Source: Candidatus Brocadiia bacterium
GTDB lineage: Bacteria > Planctomycetota > Brocadiia > SM23-32
Assembly (NCBI GenBank): GCA_046538485.1
Contig: JBKHIT010000093.1
Location: 1-12,944 of the forward strand
DNA length: 12,944 nucleotides
Reading direction: 5' to 3'
This document shows positions 1 through 6,903 of this stretch, piece after piece (position 1 is the stretch's first letter; each line of letters starts with the position of its first letter). The position numbers and the translations under genes were made by a program. The notes beneath the pieces were generated by a model, which was given only the letters and a program-made list of their open reading frames with translations, was not told where the DNA came from and did no database searches.

Positions 1-1
1 T

Positions 2-55
2 TACTTCCACTATAAATCTTACAGCAGGAACGGCCTTCATATTAACTACGTCTGA
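2..55 (+). CDS. Possible 3' end of an upstream gene (partial, ...YFHYKSYSRNGLHINYV*)
   Basis: Open frame from position 2 to TGA at 53-55, immediately followed by a small hairpin and T-tract. Too short to identify. Confidence 0.3.
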   Translation, partial: YFHYKSYSRNGLHINYV

Positions 56-58
56 TTC

Positions 59-77
59 GGCCCTACGGGCCTCTTTT
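59..77 (+). terminator. Weak putative intrinsic terminator
   Basis: GGCCC-TAC-GGGCC hairpin followed by TCTTTT, 3 nt after the TGA at 53-55. Confidence 0.35.
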
Positions 78-129
78 GGAACGGCAGTCGGCAGACCCAC
101 AGCGCAAATTCCTCTACGGGCAAAAAACC

Positions 130-158
130 TTGACACATCAGGCCCCGTGGGTGAAAAT
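130..158 (+). promoter_or_regulatory. Putative sigma70 promoter for the prepilin gene pair
   Basis: Perfect TTGACA (130-135), 17-nt spacer, GAAAAT (153-158, 4/6 match to TATAAT), and an A-tract upstream of the -35. Confidence 0.55.
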
Positions 159-235
159 AAATAAGGGGTTTGAGGGACCGTGACCTATTAATAATTTACA
201 GGGGCCGCGATCGGGTGTCTTGCTGGAGAACGTTC

Positions 236-1234
236 ATGAAAGACAAACTCAGAGAAAAGGAAGAGAGAGCAGCAGTCACTACCCCGCACAAATCTCTTTC
301 TTGCTGTGAGAAAGAAAACGGCGCGCAAACATGCCGTTTTGGATTCACCCTCATTGAGCTGCTCGTCGTAATCGCCATCCTCGCAGCAATGCTGATGCCA
401 GCACTTGAAAAGGCACGGGAAGCGGCCTACCGAGTCAGCTGCGTCAGCCGGCAAAGAGAGCTCATCCTGGGGTCTCTTCTGTTCGCCAACGATCACGACG
501 GGAAGCTGCCCAATATTGCTAATGGACGCTATTCGCAGGTCGGGGTGGTCGATCCCGCGATTGCCACCTGGGGACCGGGTTATTTTGGCGAACGATGGGA
601 ACGCGATGGTGATTGGTACGTGCCGGAACTCTTTGTCTGTCCCAGCCTCAAACGAAATGAGTACTACTGGCTCACCGATGGGCAGGCCGGACGGGATCCG
701 TACTCGCGGATAAGCGATCATATCTATGACAACAGCATTGTTATTGGTTACGTTATTTGGCCCGGTACCGTCAGTAAGTTTACAAGAGAGGGCAAGACAG
801 TTGTCGGCAATACCCGGTCTGCCGTCAACATGGAAGAGGTTCCCGTTCGTCGGTTGGGCTCCGCCGACGTTCTGATGGCCGATCGACTGACCCAGGGGGA
901 ACGAATTGATCAATATGCACCGGAGGCGGATATCCCCTGGACAGTGCCCCACGGCGAGTTTGCAGCACCGGACGGGACCAACCAGGCCCACGCCGACGGT
1001 AGCGCCAGGTGGATTGATTTCAGTAATGTCAATTACTACTACGAGCGGAACAGATATAGCGCGAATGCCCATACCTACATCCTTTATTACGCGGCCGAAA
1101 ATGCCCGGTTGAACCGTGGGGGATATGGTAGCCCCAATGTGCTGAGCGACCCGAACCTCCAGAACGATTTCATCCTTGCGGGATCGGGTTGGTGGGGAAC
1201 GCGGAGCGGAGGAACTTACGATCCATCTCCGTGA
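236..1234 (+). CDS. Prepilin-type N-terminal cleavage/methylation protein (DUF1559/H-X9-DG-like family)
   Basis: [35 protein letters not shown], and C-terminal PH...[14 protein letters not shown] 236 chosen because of GGAG at 225-228. Confidence 0.9.
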   Translation: MKDKLREKEERAAVTTPHKSLSCCEKENGAQTCRFGFTLIELLVVIAILAAMLMPALEKAREAAYRVSCVSRQRELILGSLLFANDHDGKLPNIANGRYSQVGVVDPAIATWGPGYFGERWERDGDWYVPELFVCPSLKRNEYYWLTDGQAGRDPYSRISDHIYDNSIVIGYVIWPGTVSKFTREGKTVVGNTRSAVNMEEVPVRRLGSADVLMADRLTQGERIDQYAPEADIPWTVPHGEFAAPDGTNQAHADGSARWIDFSNVNYYYERNRYSANAHTYILYYAAENARLNRGGYGSPNVLSDPNLQNDFILAGSGWWGTRSGGTYDPSP

Positions 1235-1274
1235 ACCATTTTCTGTTTAAAATATCCCAGAAAAGAGGATGCGA

Positions 1275-2105
1275 ATGTTGGAGATAAAACCGCAGCCAGA
1301 AATCGCATTGGACAAAAACCATTCGCATGATTGGTTTGATAGTGTGAAGTCGATTCACCGATGGCGCGGAGGTTTCACTCTCATAGAACTCCTGGTGGTT
1401 ATCGCCATTATCGCTATCCTCGCCGCCATGCTCCTGCCTGCTCTGGAACGGGCGCGGGGAGCCGCCCGACGGGTCAACTGCGTCGCCCACCTTCGCCAGT
1501 GGGGTCTCGGGACGCAATTCTATGCCAATGATCGCGATGGATGGGTCCCGGCGGCCATTCCGGAAGTCAAAAGCGGGGCTGGCCTTCGTAACGGCGGCGC
1601 TGTCGTTGGCTCGATGTGGGGAGGACATCCCACCCATTCCCCGGAAGAGTGCGCTCCTACCGGAACCTATATACTCCTGAAAAAAAATTACGTGGAGGTC
1701 GAGGCCTACTGCCCGTCGATGCCCTATCCTGTCATATCCCACAATAACGGGAAAGAAACGACCTGGGACCAGGCATGGGCGCAGTGGCTCACCTACGATT
1801 ACCGCTATAACCACATCAACATGATTGAAAACAAATTCAACAAAACCACAGTGTATGAGGCGGGCTGCCTGGATCATAGCGGCCAGATTCTTTTTAACGA
1901 CGCCGTGGGCCGGCGTCTGGACAGCAATCTGGTACCACGAACCGAAGTCGGCATGCATAACTTATCCCGATGGGCCCATCAGCGCGGAGGTAACGCCCTG
2001 CTCCACGATATGTCCGCCCACTGGATCCCCAACGATTTCGCCCATAGCTGGCCAACCCAGGGCATCGGCACCCCCTACGACAGTATCGACAAAACGCTCA
2101 ATTAA
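1275..2105 (+). CDS. Prepilin-type N-terminal cleavage/methylation protein (DUF1559/H-X9-DG-like family)
   Basis: [33 protein letters not shown], and [12 protein letters not shown] (H-X9-D). GAGG at 1265-1268 favours ATG 1275 over 1269. Confidence 0.9.
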   Translation: MLEIKPQPEIALDKNHSHDWFDSVKSIHRWRGGFTLIELLVVIAIIAILAAMLLPALERARGAARRVNCVAHLRQWGLGTQFYANDRDGWVPAAIPEVKSGAGLRNGGAVVGSMWGGHPTHSPEECAPTGTYILLKKNYVEVEAYCPSMPYPVISHNNGKETTWDQAWAQWLTYDYRYNHINMIENKFNKTTVYEAGCLDHSGQILFNDAVGRRLDSNLVPRTEVGMHNLSRWAHQRGGNALLHDMSAHWIPNDFAHSWPTQGIGTPYDSIDKTLN

Positions 2106-2136
2106 GTCCTGTCCCGTCCGAAACCACAAAAAGCCC

Positions 2137-3432
2137 TCACCGTAGTCCCTTCCGTCCCTTATGTCCCTTGAGCCCTTCCCGCCGCATACTCCGTATCCGC
2201 TCCAACACCGGCGGATGCCCGTAATTGAGGAAAACGGTGAACGGATGCGGCGTCAGGTTGGTTAAATTATCACGTGACAATTTTTTGAGGGCATGGGCAA
2301 ACGCATCAGCCCGTCCGCTGGTCTCCACCGCAAACCGATCCGCCTCCCGCTCGTTGTGTCGCGAAAACGCATTTAACAGCACCGAAAGAATAAGACTGAC
2401 CGGGGAATACAGCAGCCCGAACAGCATGAAACCGGCATACAGGGGCATATGATCCGTCTCAAAACCGAACGCTGCATACAAACCTTCGCTCCGCAGAAAA
2501 AATGACAGGAGATAGAAAACCACTCCGAGGTGCAGGATGTTGAGAACCGTGCTTTTGAGAATATGTTTCTTCTTGTAATGCCCGATCTCATGCGCCACCA
2601 CCGCCACCAGTTCATCCACCGTGTGTTTCTCGATCAGGGTATCGAACAACGCAATTTTCTTGTTCGGTCCGAACCCGGCCAGAAATGCATTCGATTTGGT
2701 CGACCGTTTCGATCCATCCATCACGTAAACCCCTTCGATCGGGAAATCGACCTTTTCCGCATAATTTTCGATGGCCTCACGCAATTCATCGTCCTCCATG
2801 GGACGAAACTCGTTAAAAAGCGGCATGATCCAGCGAGGGGCAACGTACTGGAGCACAAGTGAGAACAGCGCCGAAACACCCCAGCAATACAACCATGCCA
2901 GATCACCGGCATATTCGAAAAAGGCCAGCAACGCGGCAAAAAGCGGCCCGCCGAGGAGCGCCGATAGAACCAGCACTTTGATAATGTCCGCCATAAATGT
3001 TCGCGGGGTTGTTTTGTTGAAATCGAATTTTTCCTCAATGATAAACGTCTTGTACATCCGGAAAGGCAGCGCCAGGGCAAAGCGCAGAATCAGAATCGCC
3101 GCCACGTATCCCAACCCCACGATAATCGTGTTGTCGGCCCACGAAGCCGGCAACATATCCCGCACAAACTGGTCGAGGTACGGAAAACCTCCCGCGAACC
3201 AGAACACCAGCAACGCCGCGAGACTCACCGTCGAACCGATCAGGCCGAATTCAGTATTGCTTTTCAGATATTGCTGAGAACGACGATACCGATCTTCGTC
3301 GTAGGTATCCCTCATTTCATCGGGCAATTCTTCTCCGGCAGCCCTGAGATTGAGCGCATCCGAGATACAATTCAGCAGATAATCGAGACTGAGGGCCGCA
3401 AGGACGACAATCGCAAAAATGTTGAACTCCAT
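2137..3432 (-). CDS. M48 family zinc metallopeptidase (Ste24/CAAX prenyl protease-like membrane peptidase)
   Basis: Multiple TM segments, DGSKRSTKSNAF, HEIGH zinc motif, EREADRFA, YGHPPVLERI. GGAG lies 9 nt upstream of ATG 3432. Confidence 0.95.
   Translation of the reverse strand: MEFNIFAIVVLAALSLDYLLNCISDALNLRAAGEELPDEMRDTYDEDRYRRSQQYLKSNTEFGLIGSTVSLAALLVFWFAGGFPYLDQFVRDMLPASWADNTIIVGLGYVAAILILRFALALPFRMYKTFIIEEKFDFNKTTPRTFMADIIKVLVLSALLGGPLFAALLAFFEYAGDLAWLYCWGVSALFSLVLQYVAPRWIMPLFNEFRPMEDDELREAIENYAEKVDFPIEGVYVMDGSKRSTKSNAFLAGFGPNKKIALFDTLIEKHTVDELVAVVAHEIGHYKKKHILKSTVLNILHLGVVFYLLSFFLRSEGLYAAFGFETDHMPLYAGFMLFGLLYSPVSLILSVLLNAFSRHNEREADRFAVETSGRADAFAHALKKLSRDNLTNLTPHPFTVFLNYGHPPVLERIRSMRREGLKGHKGRKGLR
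2143..2178. repeat. 9-bp tandem repeat (NNGTCCCTT x3 plus one degenerate unit) forming the M48 C-terminus
   Basis: TAGTCCCTT CCGTCCCTT ATGTCCCTT GAGCCCTTC; translates on the minus strand as EGL-KGH-KGR-KGL. Confidence 0.8.
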
Positions 3433-3685
3433 CGTCACAAACTCCGTTTAGAAATTCGAAACAAGCCCGGAGGTGCATCACTTTCGATTTTGGGGGTCGA
3501 ACTTCTCACCGCGCCTTGCATCTGCACCGCCGACGACCGGCTGAACGCACAGACTCAAGTGGAACGGACCACTATTCAGGATAACACCTTTGAACCGTCC
3601 GGAACAAAACAGCCGCCGTGGGGCGTCAATCCATTCACGTCATTCGGGGAACTCAGGACAATGAAATCCTCATTGGCATCCATGA

Positions 3686-3784
3686 AAGAGCCCCCCACGT
3701 GAGCTGCTCGCCGAATACCGGGACCGCTGGGATGACACTGATTCGAGCTGGGGACAGGCTTTCTGGGACGGTTACGGCACCTGA
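3686..3784 (+). pseudogene. Orphan C-terminal gene remnant, possibly a sulfatase tail
   Basis: Start-less frame RELLAEYRDRWDDTDSSWGQAFWDGYGT* bounded upstream by an in-frame TGA (3683-3685). It resembles C-termini of PVC sulfatases as I recall them. Confidence 0.35.
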
Positions 3785-3869
3785 TCCGAAGAAAATGTAA
3801 AGTGGCTGGCGCCCGGTGAAATCAGAATGAGCCGGGTAAAGTCCCCATTTTCTGCGCGTTCAGGCCGTA

Positions 3870-4661
3870 TTATTGCTTCACATTGGGCGGCACATCCTCG
3901 GCCTGCCATTCTGAAGTCGGAGACCATTCACCGGCCCGGCCGAGGTCAAGCCCCCGCATAATCCAGTCCTCGACATCGTCAATCGGCCTTCCGTGACCCG
4001 GGTAAATTTTTGCCAACTCAAATTCGGACAGTTTTTCCAGACTTGCAAGTGTTTGTTGCGGTGAGTACTGTCCCTCACCAGCCCAACCAGGTGTGCTGTC
4101 TTGAAAGAGCAAATCGCCCGTAAATCCCACCGGTCCAGCTTCCGTCTCCACAATATAAGTTGTGCTTCCGGCCATATGTCCGGGTGTCAAAACACATATC
4201 ACTGTCAGACCACAGACATCGATCGATTCCATATCCTGCACGCGAACATCGACGCTTATGGCCGGAATGAGATCGGGATGCTCGCCCCAGATAGGCGGCG
4301 CAGCCGACTCCAGAAGTTTCGCCGTAGTTTCTGAAGCCACAACAGCACCTTTTTGCCTCTTTATGCTTTCCCCGGTGCTGTCTCGTGTTTGCGAAAGAGG
4401 CGCTGTAGAATTACCTTGCTTGATCCGTTTTCGGAGCTTTCCGGCTCCCAGGCAATGATCGACATGCGCATGAGTGATCAGCAAATGCGTGATTTGCGCG
4501 GGCTCGAACCCGAGTCTTTCGACGTGCGCCAAAATGGTCTCCTCCCCGTTCCCCGAACCCGGGTCAACAAGCGCCACACCCGAAGAGCCTTCGATCAACC
4601 AGGTGGCACACTGTAGCTCCTTGCCCTCGTAAACTTTGTGTATTTGGGCGCCGCTCACCAT
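3870..4661 (-). CDS. MBL-fold metallo-hydrolase
   Basis: THAHVDH (HxHxDH), TPGH, FTGD and PGHG motifs. GGAG lies just upstream of the ATG. Confidence 0.92.
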   Translation of the reverse strand: MVSGAQIHKVYEGKELQCATWLIEGSSGVALVDPGSGNGEETILAHVERLGFEPAQITHLLITHAHVDHCLGAGKLRKRIKQGNSTAPLSQTRDSTGESIKRQKGAVVASETTAKLLESAAPPIWGEHPDLIPAISVDVRVQDMESIDVCGLTVICVLTPGHMAGSTTYIVETEAGPVGFTGDLLFQDSTPGWAGEGQYSPQQTLASLEKLSEFELAKIYPGHGRPIDDVEDWIMRGLDLGRAGEWSPTSEWQAEDVPPNVKQ

Positions 4662-4706
4662 GTTCTCCGCGGGGCGATCGGCAAAAGAAGGGGGAAGAAG
4701 CCCGCC

Positions 4707-5648
4707 TCAATAATGGACTTTCCCGACCTTGAGCTTGAGCATGCGTTTCATGTTAACCATGAGCACCGCTCCTGCCACAGAAAGCATTTTGGCTTCACAG
4801 GTATCGGCACGGCTGGTCAGAACGACCGGTGCTTTGGCGCCCGTCAGAAGTCCGACGATCCGGCAACCAGTAAAATACACAAATGATTTGGCGAGCATGT
4901 TACCGGCCTCGATATTAGGCACCAGCAGAATATCAGCTTTCCCGGCCACCGGTCCACCGATATTTTTGTGTTCTGCGGCCGCCGGACAGATCGCGTTATC
5001 CAGGGCAAACGGCCCATCGACCGTGCATTCGGGAACGTACTGATGCCGTGAAGCCATCGACGCCAGAGCAGCGGCATCGAGCGTCGCCGGCATATTCGGG
5101 TTGACCAATTCGACCGCTGCCAGAACGGCAACTTTGGGATCGATGACACCGAACAGGTCGGCCATATAGACGGCATTCAGCAGGATGGCAGCCTTCTGCT
5201 CGAGGTCTGGTGCGATATTCATGGCTGAATCCGTAATGAGAAGGAGTTTATCCATTTCGGGGACTTCCACCACAAATACATGGCTCATAATCGATCCGCT
5301 ACGTAACCCGTTTTCTTTGTCGAGCACACCCCGCAGAAAATCATCAGTATGGATGTAACCCTTCATCAGTATATCGGTCTCACCGGATGAAGTCAGAGAA
5401 ACGGCCCTTTTCACGGCAACCAGGGGATCGGACTCGTGGACAATGGGCAGTCCATCGAGGTCAACGCCGGCGGTTTCAGCCGCTTTTGCGATACCGTCCT
5501 GATCCCCCACCAGCGTGCATATGGCGATCTCGCGATCTCGGGCTTCAGCTGCTGCCTCCACAACGGAGGGATCCTGGGCAACGGCCACTGCGACGTCGCG
5601 CATCGGGTGCTGGCCTACCAGATCCAACAGGACATCGAAATTTTTCAT
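4707..5648 (-). CDS. ptb: Phosphate butyryltransferase / PTA_PTB family phosphate acyltransferase
   Basis: ILMKG, DSAMNIAPDL, DGPFALDNAI, ADILLVPNIEAGNMLAKS, PVVLTSRAD. RBS GGAGGG lies upstream of ATG 5648. Confidence 0.9.
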   Translation of the reverse strand: MKNFDVLLDLVGQHPMRDVAVAVAQDPSVVEAAAEARDREIAICTLVGDQDGIAKAAETAGVDLDGLPIVHESDPLVAVKRAVSLTSSGETDILMKGYIHTDDFLRGVLDKENGLRSGSIMSHVFVVEVPEMDKLLLITDSAMNIAPDLEQKAAILLNAVYMADLFGVIDPKVAVLAAVELVNPNMPATLDAAALASMASRHQYVPECTVDGPFALDNAICPAAAEHKNIGGPVAGKADILLVPNIEAGNMLAKSFVYFTGCRIVGLLTGAKAPVVLTSRADTCEAKMLSVAGAVLMVNMKRMLKLKVGKVHY

Positions 5649-5709
5649 GCTCCCTCCTTCCAGAGGTAACCGTTTGCAGAACATTGACAGACCGCTACGG
5701 AGCGGATCC

Positions 5710-5844
5710 TCAACTCAGGGCGGCCTTGACTGACGCAATCAATTTCACGGGGTCCACCGGCTTATCGAGAAAATCCTCGGGCTCGGTGTCGAATTCCGCC
5801 TGATCCTCGACTTCACCGTCAATTCTCAGACATACTTTAGGCAT
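5710..5844 (-). pseudogene. 44-aa internally deleted response-regulator receiver domain (absent from the ORF track)
   Basis: RBS AGGGGAG (5850-5856), then MPKVCLRIDGEVEDQAEFDTEPEDFLDKPVDPVKLIASVKAALS*. The DFLDKP plus helix matches the receiver beta5-alpha5; there is no room for the phospho-Asp core. Confidence 0.7.
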
Positions 5845-5995
5845 CTTCGCTCCCCTGTAACAGAACCACAGACGTCTTTTTCATGCAATGTTCGAATAAT
5901 CAGCACGCCCACTGTCAGGCACGCTTCAGGCCGCCAGGATTCTACGAGGGGGTATCCGGCCTGTCAAACAGAACTCCTCACCGACCCACAAGGGC

Positions 5996-6414
5996 ATGAC
6001 CGCCGTGCGGGAATTCGATCGTCCTGCTCATCCTCACCGCCCGACCATCAGCATCGATTCCAACGGCCAGGTCCATCTCGTATGGAATCAATGGTGCCAG
6101 GATAAGTGGCGTATTGTCCACGCTCGACTGGAACCGGAAGATGAAAAGAACGATTTTCTCGATATCATCCGGGACGGCGAATCGATTCGCCACCTCGAAG
6201 AACCGGCGCAAGATTTTAATATCCGTTTCGACGACGATGCGACGGGGCCGGGCCAGCATTTCTACTTTGCCCGCGTGAAAGTTGTGGGCGACCCATCATT
6301 CAACGCCTCGCATCGCGGCCCCGATTTCGACCGCCCATTCGCCACTGACGGCCCCTGACCGCACAACCTCGCCCGCGCGGAAGGCCCAGTCCCATCCGGG
6401 GTAAAGTCAGATGA
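5996..6414 (+). pseudogene. Degraded remnant of a large DUF3604/CehA-McbA-like protein
   Basis: A propeller-like blade (PTISIDSNGQVHLVW) is joined to a C-terminal segment (DIIRDGE...HFYFARV). After the TGA at 6356-6358 the frame continues PHNLARAEGP and then shifts to SPI, like the family's terminal W-S-S-P-I-W motif. Confidence 0.55.
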
Positions 6415-6440
6415 AAAGTACTCACATTCCCCGCATCGAT

Positions 6441-6469
6441 TTGCGGAAATTTGAAGGAGATATTATTCT
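6441..6469 (+). promoter_or_regulatory. Putative sigma70 promoter for the 67-aa protein
   Basis: TTGCGG, 17-nt spacer, TATTCT. Confidence 0.4.
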
Positions 6470-6504
6470 GTATTCGGGATTTCCAAACAAACAGGAGAGA
6501 CGTT

Positions 6505-6708
6505 ATGGCTGATAAAGCGTACGTGCAACTCGAACCAAGCGAAGCCGCTCTCGTCCGTGCAGCATCTAACATACTATCCGGCTATATCGCCGCCGGGAAG
6601 GTAAATGAAGAAAACGAGAGTGAGATGATGAAAAAAGCCATCAAATCCGCGATCAATATCGCTTTAAAAGTGGACGATCTCGTCCAGAGCGATAGCGAAC
6701 TGGGATGA
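6505..6708 (+). CDS. Small hypothetical protein (67 aa, predicted helical)
   Basis: Strong RBS AGGAG (6493-6497). MADKAYVQLEPSEAALVRAASNILSGYIAAGKV... resembles a small hypothetical family I recall from Planctomycetes. Confidence 0.85.
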   Translation: MADKAYVQLEPSEAALVRAASNILSGYIAAGKVNEENESEMMKKAIKSAINIALKVDDLVQSDSELG

Positions 6709-6722
6709 TGGCGTATGGGTTT

Positions 6723-6886
6723 AGGCTCTGTCTGAAAATACGGATCTGGATTCGAGCGGCTGCATTTCCGGCTGGCTTTGTCCGCCTGTATCGGCTTATC
6801 TCCACTGGATAGGCCTGCTTCGGCGTCCGCGCCATCCGCAAATTCGCTCGCTCTCGGTCCGACGACCGCATTCTCAGACAGAGCCT
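6723..6886. mobile_element. MITE-like non-autonomous element (~164 bp)
   Basis: 21-bp terminal inverted repeats AGGCTCTGTCTGAAAATACGG / CCGCATTCTCAGACAGAGCCT (19/21 match), internal nested inverted repeats, and a position between convergent genes. Confidence 0.8.
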
Positions 6887-6903
6887 GGCCCGGGCATTTG
6901 CGC

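Noticed and set aside
188..1958. Long antisense ORFs 188..1072 and 1170..1958
   Set aside because: Shadows of the prepilin genes in GC-rich DNA; no motifs.
6356..6358. In-frame TGA as selenocysteine or programmed readthrough
   Set aside because: Not a redox-motif context, and a frameshift follows within about 10 codons, which fits pseudogene decay.
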